Part shown: piece by piece, positions 38,506 to 47,859 of the stretch
Layout: each line of letters begins with the position of its first letter
Numbering within the stretch: position 1 is the stretch's first letter
Source: Syntrophales bacterium
GTDB taxonomy: Bacteria; Desulfobacterota; Syntrophia; Syntrophales; UBA6807
NCBI GenBank assembly: GCA_040767195.1
Contig: JAXGPA010000005.1
Location: 1-64,000 of the forward strand
DNA length: 64,000 nucleotides
Direction of reading: 5' to 3'
Notes under the pieces: generated by a model
Databases searched by the model: none
Told to the model about the DNA's origin: nothing
What the model saw: the letters and a program-made list of their open reading frames with translations, nothing else
Translations under genes and position numbers: made by a program

Positions 38506-38739
38506 TCAGCGCTTTTTGTTTTTCAATGAATTCTCGATGCCGAGAAGGTTGAGTAAATAGATCATTTGAGAGCCGATCAGGGGAAAATCCGTTTCCAGCG
38601 GCATTTCACCGGAAGTCGGGTCCGTCCATGGGAGATCCCCTTGTTGCCCTTTCCGCTGTCCCTTCCCCGTTTCGGGACAACCGGGAGCCGGTTCGGTTTC
38701 GATTTCGTTTTCTCTCATCCATTCCACAAAAAGAAACAA
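38506..38739 (-). CDS. Possible small hypothetical protein (77 aa)
   Basis: TTG start with AAGGAG RBS in an otherwise empty 560-nt gap; no motif recognised. Confidence 0.35.
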   Translation of the reverse strand: MFLFVEWMRENEIETEPAPGCPETGKGQRKGQQGDLPWTDPTSGEMPLETDFPLIGSQMIYLLNLLGIENSLKNKKR

Positions 38740-38902
38740 GACCTGTCTCCTTCCGGTGCGTTCAACTTCGTTTGCAGCGGCTTACCCATCCCGTTCATGG
38801 ATGCCGAATGAACGGGGGAAGAAAGGGATGACGGACAGCCAGGCGCTGGCGTTTACGGCACAGCTTCAACACGGGTTCCGCCCTCCGCCGCCGGGCAACC
38901 GG

Positions 38903-39562
38903 TCAGGTTTCACCGGGATGAGACCCCCGCACGACAAGATGAACGAGATCGCAGATGTCGGTCAGGGCGGAATCGGCAAGCCTGCCCGGTTCTTCGTCGA
39001 TCCCGCTGACAGCCGCTTTTTCGATCATTGCGTGGATACTGTCCCTTCTTTCCGCGAAGAAAGCATCCACGGCGGCGCTTTCGATGAGAATCCCCCGCCG
39101 GAGAATCGAAAAGAAGCGGCTGACGGAGCCCGTGTCGAGGATCCTGACATACACGAGGCCGGGGGGCTCGTTTTCACGCTCCCTTTTGGTTTCTTCCCGA
39201 AACGGCCCGTCATCCGCCGGGATTTCATTCACGGTGATGTCGCCCATGGAGGCCGCCTCCCCCAGGTCTTGAATGCCGAGCCTTTCCCGGAGAAAGTGAA
39301 AGACGCTTTTCCCCGGGTCCACTTGGCAGAGAAATCCCTCCCGGAGGAGAGGCAGGAAATCTCTCGCACTTTCCGGTTTTGCCGTGATCAAAAGAGAGGA
39401 GACCCGAAGGGCCGTGGCTTTTCCTTCATCCCTGGCCGCGCCGGGCGGCCCCGTCTTTCTTTCAAAGGGGCGAGACAGACGGGGTTCTTCCCGTTTTCTC
39501 GCTGGGCTTTTCCATTCGCCCCCGGGCAACGGGGAAGCGTCCGCAAACCTGTTCTCAACCAT
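38903..39562 (-). CDS. Hypothetical protein downstream of aor
   Basis: ATG 39562 overlaps the aor stop region; C-terminal two thirds look globular (FLPLLREGFL, FSILRRGILI); true start may be further downstream. Confidence 0.55.
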   Translation of the reverse strand: MVENRFADASPLPGGEWKSPARKREEPRLSRPFERKTGPPGAARDEGKATALRVSSLLITAKPESARDFLPLLREGFLCQVDPGKSVFHFLRERLGIQDLGEAASMGDITVNEIPADDGPFREETKRERENEPPGLVYVRILDTGSVSRFFSILRRGILIESAAVDAFFAERRDSIHAMIEKAAVSGIDEEPGRLADSALTDICDLVHLVVRGSHPGET

Positions 39563-41291
39563 TGTGCACCTTGTCAAGATCTTCGTCACCGACCATGAAT
39601 GTCGTTCCGTGGGGCTCCAGGGGCTGTGTGTGAAAAAAGCGGGGAAGCCGGTCGTGCTCCCCGTTGAACCCGGCCCGGCGGTTGAAATCCCGCTCGATCT
39701 CGAGGATCCTTTTGCCCAGGTTCGCCACATCCTCCCCGGTCATGGAAAGCCCGTAAAAGGCGTTGATCATGTCGATGAGGGCCTGGAACGTTTCCGGCTG
39801 GTCCAGGACGGCGAAAGCGATGAAAAGACACATCCCCGTGGAATCGACGGCCGCCGTGGCGACCTGGAGGTTACGGGAGAGCGCGATCTGTCCCTCCGTT
39901 TTCAAGGGATCGACGAAGCCGCCGACCTTGAGGATGTTCGTGGCGATGGCATAGCCCGCCGTGTGGTCCGCCCCCATGGTGCTCGTGGCATAGGTGACGC
40001 CGATACCCTGGATGGCCCGGGGATCATAGGCCGGCAGGGCCTGCCCCTTGACTGCCGGCACCCTGTCGAGGCCGAAACACCGGGCCGTGACTTCCGCTCC
40101 GTTTCCCAGGATGCGCCCCAGGGGCGTTCCCTTTCCCACCTGGTGGATCAGATCGATGGCGCCCGCCCCGTCTCCGAAAGGGATGATCCCGGCTTCCATG
40201 GCCAGGGCGATGGAAACACCCGTCTCGATCGTGTCGAGGCCGTAGTTGTCGTCGAGAAAATCGAGCATGGCGATGGTGTCCAGGTCGTCGATGCCGCAAT
40301 TCGCCCCGTGGGCCCAGACCGTTTCATATTCGGGCTGCTTGGTCACGTAGCGGCCGTTTTTGTCGACGTAGATCCCGGAACAACGGATGGTGCAGCCGCG
40401 ATGGCATCCGTGGGTGGCCGAGCCTCCCCGGCGCGTCTCCAGGTCCGCCTGGTATTCGCCGCTGATTTTGGAGACCTCTTCGAAACGGCCCTGCCGGAAA
40501 TTGCGCGTCGGGTAGGCGCCCGCTTCGTTGATGACGTTGGCCAGTACGTTGGTCCCGTAAGCCGGGAGAGCCTCACCGGTGACGGGATGGCTTCGAAGGC
40601 CTTCCACGAAGGTCTTGTTCGCCCTTCGAAATTCCGCGGGATTCGCCGGTTCCCGTGTTGCCGTTTTCCCTTCGTCGAGGATGATGACCTTGACCCGCTT
40701 CGAGCCCATGACGGCCCCGACACCGCCTCTCCCGGCGTGCCGGGTCGGCCGGAGCTCCATGTCCGTGCAGGCGATGGAGGCGGCACCCATTCGCATTTCG
40801 CCGGCGGGGCCGATGGACAGGCAGCAGATCCCGTCTCCATAGCGCGCCTTCATTTTTTCGATGAGGTCATAGTTCGGAAGGCCCTTGAGGGCGTTGTCCA
40901 TCTCGATCCGGGCTCCGTCCCTGTCGATGACGATCTTGTACAGATCGTCACCGGCGGGCACCCCCTCGAGAACGACGGCGCCGTATCCCAGCCTCGCCAG
41001 GACCTGGGCCGGCTGGCCCCCGGCGTTCGATTCCTTGATGGTTCCCGTCAGGGGGCTCTTGCACCCGATGGAGAGCCGCCCCGACATGGCGGCGGAGGTG
41101 CCGCTCAGAAGACCCGGCGCGATGACCAGCTTGTTTTCCGGCCCCAGGGGGTGGCAGAGCGGCGGCACCTCCCGGGCGATGAGGGCCGATGTGAGGCCCC
41201 GGCCGCCCAGGCCGGCGTAATCGTCCATTCCGTTCCGGGACACGGCGGGTCCTCCCGGGGACCCCATGTTGATTCTGAGAAGACAATCCAT
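39555..41291 (-). CDS. aor: Aldehyde:ferredoxin oxidoreductase (tungsten-pterin AOR family)
   Basis: GLGGRGL, KSPLTG.IKESNAGG, IGPAGE, AGRGGVGAVMGSK, CHRGCTIRC, PEYET, GLDTI, YDPR, GADH, DSTGMC. Confidence 0.92.
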   Translation of the reverse strand: MDCLLRINMGSPGGPAVSRNGMDDYAGLGGRGLTSALIAREVPPLCHPLGPENKLVIAPGLLSGTSAAMSGRLSIGCKSPLTGTIKESNAGGQPAQVLARLGYGAVVLEGVPAGDDLYKIVIDRDGARIEMDNALKGLPNYDLIEKMKARYGDGICCLSIGPAGEMRMGAASIACTDMELRPTRHAGRGGVGAVMGSKRVKVIILDEGKTATREPANPAEFRRANKTFVEGLRSHPVTGEALPAYGTNVLANVINEAGAYPTRNFRQGRFEEVSKISGEYQADLETRRGGSATHGCHRGCTIRCSGIYVDKNGRYVTKQPEYETVWAHGANCGIDDLDTIAMLDFLDDNYGLDTIETGVSIALAMEAGIIPFGDGAGAIDLIHQVGKGTPLGRILGNGAEVTARCFGLDRVPAVKGQALPAYDPRAIQGIGVTYATSTMGADHTAGYAIATNILKVGGFVDPLKTEGQIALSRNLQVATAAVDSTGMCLFIAFAVLDQPETFQALIDMINAFYGLSMTGEDVANLGKRILEIERDFNRRAGFNGEHDRLPRFFHTQPLEPHGTTFMVGDEDLDKVHNG

Positions 41292-41552
41292 TTTTATGAC
41301 CTCCTGTCAGCTTGATTTGAAATGATAGGCTTTTTGGGAGCGTTGCCACGGGCGGCTTCCCGGGGGGCTGCTACAAAACACCTCTCGTAAAGCATAGGCC
41401 GGTTGATCATGGCTGCCTTTTCCTTTCCTGAACAGGAATGGCTGGGGACCGGAAAACGATCCTGCAGGACGGAGCAAGCAAAATGCGTGCTATTTTATAT
41501 ATTACTGTAATTATTAATTATTATGTTTAAGGAGGGAACAAAGACCCCGCCT

Positions 41553-41594
41553 GTTGGCGGGAAAATGGTTGGCACGAGTTGGCAGGTGTTGGCA
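41553..41594. repeat. Phased direct repeats upstream of aor
   Basis: GTTGGCA at 41568, 41578 and 41588 (10-bp period) plus GTTGGCG at 41553. Confidence 0.55.
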
Positions 41595-41609
41595 GCCGGG
41601 TGTGGCCCT

Positions 41610-42182
41610 TTAGAGATATGTGGTCATTTCGCTTGCCTTTTTGCGGGGCGTTTTAGCGAGCGTTCCCGAGGGCTTCCCCAGGCAGACGAGAGCGACCGGG
41701 TCTTTCTTTTCATCGATGCCGAGGATGGCCCGGAGGTCCCTTTTTTCGAACAGGGTGAACCAGAGCGTTCCCAGGTCGAGGCCGCAGGCGGCCAAAAGCA
41801 TGTTCTGGATCGCCGCCGCGCAGGCCTGCTGGTATCCCAGGCCGGCGCCTTCCTCCAGGAACATGTCCGCTCCCGATTTCCCGGGGTTCCCGACGACGGC
41901 GATCAAAAGGGGAGCTTCCTTCAGAAAGGTCAGGGAGTATTTTTCAAGCCACTTCCATCCGCTCTTTTCCAGGAGCTTCACCTTGCAGGCGTCGGAAGCC
42001 CCGGCGATCCGGTCCCGGATTCCGGCGTCCCGGATGACGATGAATTCCCAGGGCTGGTTGTTGGCCGGCGAGGGGGCCAGGGTGGCCGCTTCCAGGATTT
42101 TGGCGAGGGCTTCTTCCGTCACCGGCTCGGGGGAAAATTTCCGGCAGCTTCTCCGGTTCGCAAGGGCTTCGAACAAATCCAT
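41610..42182 (-). CDS. Nitroreductase-family protein
   Basis: RRSCRKF, APSPANNQPWEF, AAIQNMLLAA..LDLGT; AGGAGGT RBS. Confidence 0.92.
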   Translation of the reverse strand: MDLFEALANRRSCRKFSPEPVTEEALAKILEAATLAPSPANNQPWEFIVIRDAGIRDRIAGASDACKVKLLEKSGWKWLEKYSLTFLKEAPLLIAVVGNPGKSGADMFLEEGAGLGYQQACAAAIQNMLLAACGLDLGTLWFTLFEKRDLRAILGIDEKKDPVALVCLGKPSGTLAKTPRKKASEMTTYL

Positions 42183-42290
42183 GATGCACCTCCTGTTTTC
42201 TCCGCAGGGACCGAATTTATCATGCGGGCCTTCGGTCCTCGGCCGATTTGTTTCAAACAGTATCACGGGTATTCCCGGCTGGTCAAAGGG

Positions 42291-42330
42291 AAAGAAAAAG
42301 GCGGGTTTCGCGTTCACGAAACCCGCCTTT
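42291..42330 (-). terminator. Intrinsic terminator of the secreted-protein gene
   Basis: 14-bp stem AAAGGCGGGTTTCG/CGAAACCCGCCTTT running into a U-rich tract on the minus strand. Confidence 0.75.
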
Positions 42331-42417
42331 CCGAAGGAGGAGGAATGCCACAGAGAGGAGAAATGTTTTCTTGTCGGTCCCCCGTTTCTTAGTCCCGTCG
42401 ATCCGTCCGAAGGATCG

Positions 42418-43518
42418 CTATTTTTTCTTTCCCCGGTTTTCCTTTTCGTCCTTGTCTTTTTTCTCGTCCTCGGACGTTGGATCCTCTTCAGAGTCTTCGT
42501 CTTCGTTTTTGTTCTGAATCAGTCCGTTCATGCGGGACTGGCCCTTCTTGAGAATGGTGATCGTGTCGGAACCCACGAATCGGGAATTACCATCAGTCGC
42601 GTAAGAACGCCCTTCCAGGGTCAGGCTCACCAGATCGCCGTCGTTCAGGGTCTCCAGGTCCAGGGCGGCGAGGATCGCCTGGGTGTCGAATTTGAGCGTC
42701 AGGTCTTCGAAGCCGTCCGTCGCGTAAGCGATCAATCGCTGTTCCGTGACCTCGGGCAGAGGTTCTCCCGGAGCGCCGACATCCTCGTAAGCGGAACGGA
42801 GGGGCGCCACGCCGGCCAGGCGGATGGAAGCGGGATCGACGGTCCGGACGTCGAAATCTTCCGAACCGAGGAGGGCCACGGGAAGAACGCCCCGGCTTTT
42901 CACGTTCACCGGGTTGACATCGGAACCGGGCTTGATGTCCACAACAACAGGGACGAGTTGGTAAATTTCGCCGGTTACCGTTTCGAGAAAATCGGACATG
43001 CCGATGATTGTTTCCTGATCGTCTAAGATGAGATCGGGCACCCCGCTATAGGAGGCTGACAGTTCAATCCTGTACCCCGGGTCATTCTGGAGCGCCCCGC
43101 TGGCTTCGATGGTGAATGAAAGGTTGGGGGGATCATCCGTCTTGGTTGTGTAAACAACGATGGGATCAAGGAGAAACTCGAATAATGTCCCATCCGAACT
43201 TAAATCATTATACCACGGAAGCTCGATCGAATTTTCAAGAACCAGCGTTCCGTCGACATACAGCGTCTTGTATGAACCAGGCCCGGTTTCTTCCACCTCA
43301 TCCAGGGACGCGCCGTAAAGCTCAAAACCGTCTCCAATTGCTTCCAACTCGTTCCCGTCCTGTCCTTCTCCACCGCCCAAGAAGTATTCGTACCATGTGC
43401 CGGCCACCGCTCCTTCGCTTCCCAGGGTCCACTCGCCGGTGGTGGGCTGTGCCGGGGCCGCCGTGGCGATGACGAGGGAGAAAAACAAAACCGCCATAAT
43501 TCCTGCCGCTTTCTTCAT
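42418..43518 (-). CDS. Secreted acidic protein of unknown function with a C-terminal 'DIKPGS' domain
   Basis: Signal peptide MKKAAGIMAVLFFSLVIATAAPA; acidic beta-rich body; VDIKPGSDVNPVNVKSRGVLPVALLG...DGFEDLTLKF; charged low-complexity tail. Confidence 0.8.
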   Translation of the reverse strand: MKKAAGIMAVLFFSLVIATAAPAQPTTGEWTLGSEGAVAGTWYEYFLGGGEGQDGNELEAIGDGFELYGASLDEVEETGPGSYKTLYVDGTLVLENSIELPWYNDLSSDGTLFEFLLDPIVVYTTKTDDPPNLSFTIEASGALQNDPGYRIELSASYSGVPDLILDDQETIIGMSDFLETVTGEIYQLVPVVVDIKPGSDVNPVNVKSRGVLPVALLGSEDFDVRTVDPASIRLAGVAPLRSAYEDVGAPGEPLPEVTEQRLIAYATDGFEDLTLKFDTQAILAALDLETLNDGDLVSLTLEGRSYATDGNSRFVGSDTITILKKGQSRMNGLIQNKNEDEDSEEDPTSEDEKKDKDEKENRGKKK

Positions 43519-43654
43519 GCCCTGTTCTCCTTTCCTGTTGAAAAATACTGAAGAAGTTCTCCGTCGTCTAACGGAACACCGAACCGGTTTGAAAGGGTCA
43601 CGCGGAAGCTGCGGCGGGTTTTTCTTCGGGAGGCCGGAACCAGGCACGGAAAAC

Positions 43655-43690
43655 AAAAAAATGCCTTTGTGCTCCGGCACGCAAAGGCAT
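43655..43690 (-). terminator. Intrinsic terminator of the riboswitch expression platform
   Basis: Minus strand ATGCCTTTGCGTGC-CGGA-GCACAAAGGCAT followed by a T run, 10 nt after the aptamer. Confidence 0.85.
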
Positions 43691-43700
43691 CCGTTTCTGA

Positions 43701-43789
43701 ATTATTCGGCAACCCGGCGATCATGGCCCCTCGGCTTTAGACCCGTAGCTTTGCGTCACCGCCTTTCGACGGTTTTGCCCTTTCGTAAT
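43701..43789 (-). ncRNA. Cyclic di-GMP-I (GEMM-I) riboswitch
   Basis: Minus strand AAAGGGCAAAACCGTC-GAAA-GGCGGTGACGCAAAGCTACGGGTCTAAAGCC..GGCCATGATCGCCGGGTTGCCGAA: GGCAAA/GCAAAG core, GAAA tetraloop, CTAA/ATG receptor, 3' GCCG. Confidence 0.92.
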
Positions 43790-43802
43790 TTTTATTTGTC
43801 CC

Positions 43803-43831
43803 AAAATGGCAGATTCCCGTCCTGCTGTCAA
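43803..43831 (-). promoter_or_regulatory. Sigma70 promoter for the riboswitch transcript
   Basis: Minus strand TTGACA-17 nt-CATTTT with extended TG, positioned to start just before the aptamer. Confidence 0.6.
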
Positions 43832-44102
43832 TTATCAAATCGCGAAATTACGAAACCCGGAAAAGAGGTTCCTATCCCCCACGAAAAAGCGGAAAAGTCC
43901 GGGAGATGCAACAGGCCGGTAACGATCCATGACGAAATCCTACAAGGATGTATGTTTTTGACGCCCTGTTTCTGCCCGGAGCCGGTCGAGAGCAGATAGT
44001 TTAATGATTTTGGTATGTTATTTTGAGGCACAGTGTTTGCAAACGAAGACGGCAAACGGGGAGGGACGGAACCCCCGGCACCCCGGCACGGGAACGGAAA
44101 AA

Positions 44103-44987
44103 ATGCCTCAGAAAAACGCTTTGAACGACAAAGGGAACGGTGCCATTCCGTTTACCAAGATGTGCGGTCACGGGAACGATTTCATCGTCATGAGCGATGT
44201 GAAGGGCGCCCTGAAAAGGGGGTGGCGGCAAGAGGCCCGCCTGTGGTGCCGTCGCAGGACGGGTATCGGCGCTGATGGTCTGCTCGTTCTCGAGGCCGGC
44301 GGCCGGGGGGATTTCCGGCTTCGGATTTTCAACGCCGACGGCAGCGAGGCCGAAATGTGCGGAAACGGCGCCCGCTGTGCCGCCGCCTACGCCGTGGAAA
44401 ACGGCCTGGCGGGGCAAAACATGACCTTTGAAACCCTGGCGGGAATGATCGAGGGGGAGGTGAGCGGCCGGGATGTGACGATCCGTCTCACCGACGTGAC
44501 CGAATCCAGGAAGGGCCTGTCGGTCGATCTGGGGAAAGAAGCGGTCCTGCAGGCCCATTTCGTCAACTCGGGCGTTCCTCACGCCGTCCTGTTCATGGAC
44601 ACGCTCCAGCAGATACCCGAATTCAGGGTCCCCCTGAAAGACGTGGCGGGCGAATTCGTCCGGAAGATCGGCCGGATGGTCCGCTTTCACCCTGTATTCG
44701 GCGCCGCCGGGACGAACGTGGATTTCGTCGAAGCAGCCGGGCCGGGGCACATCGTCGTCCGCACCTATGAAAGGGGCGTGGAGGATGAGACCCTGGCCTG
44801 CGGCACCGGGGCCGTGGCGTCGGCCATCGCGGCAAGTGAAAGCGTGAACGGGGGATCCCCGCCCGTCCGTGTCGACATGGCCGGCGGAACCCTCCGGGTG
44901 AATTTCGACAGGAGAGGTTCCCGGTTCGAGTCGGTCCGGCTGGCCGGTCCGGTCCAGAAGGTTTATTACGGCTTTATCACGGTATGA
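44103..44987 (+). CDS. dapF: Diaminopimelate epimerase
   Basis: FTKMCGHGNDF, GIGADG, NADGSEAEMCGNGARC, GVPH, ERGVEDETLACGTG. Confidence 0.95.
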   Translation: MPQKNALNDKGNGAIPFTKMCGHGNDFIVMSDVKGALKRGWRQEARLWCRRRTGIGADGLLVLEAGGRGDFRLRIFNADGSEAEMCGNGARCAAAYAVENGLAGQNMTFETLAGMIEGEVSGRDVTIRLTDVTESRKGLSVDLGKEAVLQAHFVNSGVPHAVLFMDTLQQIPEFRVPLKDVAGEFVRKIGRMVRFHPVFGAAGTNVDFVEAAGPGHIVVRTYERGVEDETLACGTGAVASAIAASESVNGGSPPVRVDMAGGTLRVNFDRRGSRFESVRLAGPVQKVYYGFITV

Positions 44988-45000
44988 AAGGATGTGTGCG

Positions 45001-46164
45001 ATGACTGGCGTCATGGCCGACAGGCTTCGAAACATGCCCCCCTATCTCTTCGCCCGGATCGACGAGATGAAGGCCGAGGCCCTTTCCCGGGGGGTGGATG
45101 TGATCGACCTCGGGGTCGGGGACCCCGATATCCCCCCGCCGGAGAAAGTCGCCCGGCGTCTTGCCGAGGCGGTCCATGAAAGGGGCTCTCATCATTACTC
45201 CTCCTACAGCGGCATCGCGAAACTGCGGGAGGCCTTCGCCGGGTGGTTCGAGAAGCGTTTCGCCGTGGTCCTGGATCCGGACAGGGAAATCCTTCCCCTC
45301 ATCGGGTCCAAGGAGGGCATCGGCCACATCTATTTCGCCCTCGTCAATGCAGGGGAAGAGGTCCTCATCCCCGACCCGGGGTACCCCGTTTACACCGCCG
45401 GGGCGACCCTCGTCGGCGCCGCGGCCCGGTATTTTCCCCTCCGGGAGGACCAGGGGTTCCGGCCCGACATGGAAATCCTGGAAAAGCAGGTGACGGCGAA
45501 AACGAGGCTGCTGTGGCTCAACTACCCCTCCAACCCGACGACGGCCCTGGCCGGGCTCGAGGATTACGAGAAGGTGGTTCATCTCGCCCGGGCCGGCGGT
45601 TTTGTCGTCTGCCACGACGCGGCCTACTCGGAGATCGTGTTCGACGGCCGGAAATCGCCGAGCATCCTCCAGGTTCCGGGAGGGAAGGAAGCGGCCGTGG
45701 AATTTCATTCCCTTTCCAAGACCTTCTGCATGCCCGGGTGGCGGGTGGGTTTCGCCGTGGGAAACCGGGACGTCATCGCCGCCCTGGCCAAGGTGAAAAC
45801 GAATCTCGATTCGGGCATCTTCCTTCCCGTCCAGGAGGCGGCGGTGACCGCTCTTCGGGAATGCGGCGAGGACACGGAAAAAATCAGGGCGGTCTTCGAA
45901 GCCAGGCGGAACCGGTTCGTTTCGGCCCTGGGGGCGGCGGGCTGGCATGTCCCCGCGCCGGCGGCGACTTTTTACGTCTGGATGAGGGTTCCCGAAGGGT
46001 CCTCTTCCATGGGCTTCGCTTCCCGGGTTCTGAAAGAATGTGGTATCGTGTGCACGCCGGGGGTCGGTTTCGGGTCCAACGGGGAGGGCTTCATCCGCAT
46101 GAGCCTGACTCTTCCGGAAGAACGGCTGGATCAGGCCATCGACAGGCTTGTCCGGCTTCGCTAG
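45001..46164 (+). CDS. dapL: LL-diaminopimelate aminotransferase (class I/II PLP)
   Basis: PPYLFARID, DLGVGDPD, LIGSKEGI, NYPSNPT, DAAY, SLSKTF.M.GWRVG, KTNLDSG; adjacent to dapF. Confidence 0.85.
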   Translation: MTGVMADRLRNMPPYLFARIDEMKAEALSRGVDVIDLGVGDPDIPPPEKVARRLAEAVHERGSHHYSSYSGIAKLREAFAGWFEKRFAVVLDPDREILPLIGSKEGIGHIYFALVNAGEEVLIPDPGYPVYTAGATLVGAAARYFPLREDQGFRPDMEILEKQVTAKTRLLWLNYPSNPTTALAGLEDYEKVVHLARAGGFVVCHDAAYSEIVFDGRKSPSILQVPGGKEAAVEFHSLSKTFCMPGWRVGFAVGNRDVIAALAKVKTNLDSGIFLPVQEAAVTALRECGEDTEKIRAVFEARRNRFVSALGAAGWHVPAPAATFYVWMRVPEGSSSMGFASRVLKECGIVCTPGVGFGSNGEGFIRMSLTLPEERLDQAIDRLVRLR

Positions 46165-46176
46165 GAAAGGAGCGCC

Positions 46177-47625
46177 ATGGGTTGCCAGGGTTCTCGCGGC
46201 GTCCCGGGGGTTTCCCGGGGATTGAAGGATTTCTGCGGCGTTTTCGGCATATTCGGGGATAAAGAGGCTGTCGGCAAGACCTATTTCGGCCTCTACGCCC
46301 TCCAGCACCGGGGCCAGGAGAGCACGGGGATCGCCGCGGCGGACGGCGGGACCATCCATCTTCACCGGGGGACGGGTCTCGTCGCTTCCGTTTTCGCTCA
46401 CGGCCGCGACTTCCGGAATCTCACCGGGCCGGCGGCCATCGGACACAACCGGTACTCCACAACGGGCATTTCCGGGCTGACCAACGCCCAGCCCCTCCGC
46501 ATCCGGTTCAAGGGCGGGGAGATCGCCGCGGCCCACAACGGCAACGTGGTGAACGCCTATGAGCTGAGAAAGGCCATGGAGGAAAAGGGATCCATCTTTC
46601 AGACCACATCGGACAGCGAGATCGTTCTCCATCTCATCGCCCGGTCCCGGAAGAGGGACATCGAGGAAATGATCCGGGACGGCCTTGCCAGGCTCGTCGG
46701 CGCTTACTGCTTCCTCTTTCTCACACCGGAGAAGCTGGTCGCCGCCAGGGACCCCCACGGGTTCCGGCCCCTGTGCCTGGGCAGGCACGGCGATGCCGTC
46801 CTCGTGGCGTCCGAGTCCTGCGCTTTCGACATCCTCGGCGCCGAATACGTCCGGGACGTCGAACCGGGGGAGGTGGTCGTCATCGACGGGGGCGGCGTGC
46901 GGTCCCTCCGTCTTCCGCCGGCGGGCCGGCGGGCTTTCTGCGTTTTCGAATTCATTTACTTTTCCCGTCCCGACAGCATCATCTTCGATGAAAAAGTCGA
47001 CAAGGTCAGGCGTACCCTGGGGAAAAAGCTGGCCCTGGAGGCCCCGGCGGCGGCGGACATCGTCATCGCCGTCCCCGACTCGGCAAACACGGCGGCGCTG
47101 GGATACGCCCAGGCCTCGGGACTTCGGTTCGAGCTGGGGCTCATCCGCAATCACTACGTGGGCCGGACCTTCATCGCCCCCGATCAGAAGGAACGGGACC
47201 TGGACGTGCAGGTCAAGTTCAACCCCGTTTCGGGCGTGCTGAAGAACAAGCGGGTGGTTCTCGTGGAGGATTCCATCGTCCGGGGGACGACGCTCAAAAA
47301 ACTGGTCCGGCTCATCCGGAAGGCCGGCCCGTCGGAAATCCATGTCCGGGTCAGTTCCCCTCCCATTATTTCCCCCTGCTATTACGGGATCGATATTTCC
47401 AGGAAGGAGGAACTCATCGCCGCCTTCCACCCCGTGGAGGAGATTTGTCGGTATATCGGGGCCGATTCCCTGGCGTATCTCACCGTGGACGGCATGCTCG
47501 ACGCCGTTCCGGAAAGAGGCGACTACTGCACGGCCTGTTTCACCGGGGACTATCCCACGGCCATCCCGGCGTCCTTTGAAAAGAACTGGTTCCCCTGCTG
47601 CGGCGCGGGCATGGAAGAAGAGTAG
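46177..47625 (+). CDS. purF: Amidophosphoribosyltransferase (propeptide, Fe-S type)
   Basis: CGVFG after a propeptide, LQHRGQE, GHNRYST, HNGN, VEDSIVRGTT, PCYYGID, CTAC. Confidence 0.95.
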   Translation: MGCQGSRGVPGVSRGLKDFCGVFGIFGDKEAVGKTYFGLYALQHRGQESTGIAAADGGTIHLHRGTGLVASVFAHGRDFRNLTGPAAIGHNRYSTTGISGLTNAQPLRIRFKGGEIAAAHNGNVVNAYELRKAMEEKGSIFQTTSDSEIVLHLIARSRKRDIEEMIRDGLARLVGAYCFLFLTPEKLVAARDPHGFRPLCLGRHGDAVLVASESCAFDILGAEYVRDVEPGEVVVIDGGGVRSLRLPPAGRRAFCVFEFIYFSRPDSIIFDEKVDKVRRTLGKKLALEAPAAADIVIAVPDSANTAALGYAQASGLRFELGLIRNHYVGRTFIAPDQKERDLDVQVKFNPVSGVLKNKRVVLVEDSIVRGTTLKKLVRLIRKAGPSEIHVRVSSPPIISPCYYGIDISRKEELIAAFHPVEEICRYIGADSLAYLTVDGMLDAVPERGDYCTACFTGDYPTAIPASFEKNWFPCCGAGMEEE

Positions 47626-47859
47626 AAAAGGACGGCGCTTCGTGGTATAAGTAGCGATTTTCCGGGAATTCCCGGTGGCCCCGGGAAAACAGGCAAAGGC
47701 GACGTTTCCGGGAAGGACTCATGGGAGGGCCGGGGGCGGCAGGATTCGGATCGGCGTTTTTTTCAGGACGGCCCGCCTGCCGGGTCAGGGGGGAAAACCG
47801 GGATTTCGCCTGCCGGCGCCTGGCGAAACCGTCGCTGTTGAAGGGAAACCTTATCGGAC

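Noticed and set aside
43701..43789. Cyclic AMP-GMP-selective (GEMM-Ib) riboswitch variant
   Set aside because: The discriminating position reads G (AAAGGGCAAA), matching the c-di-GMP type.
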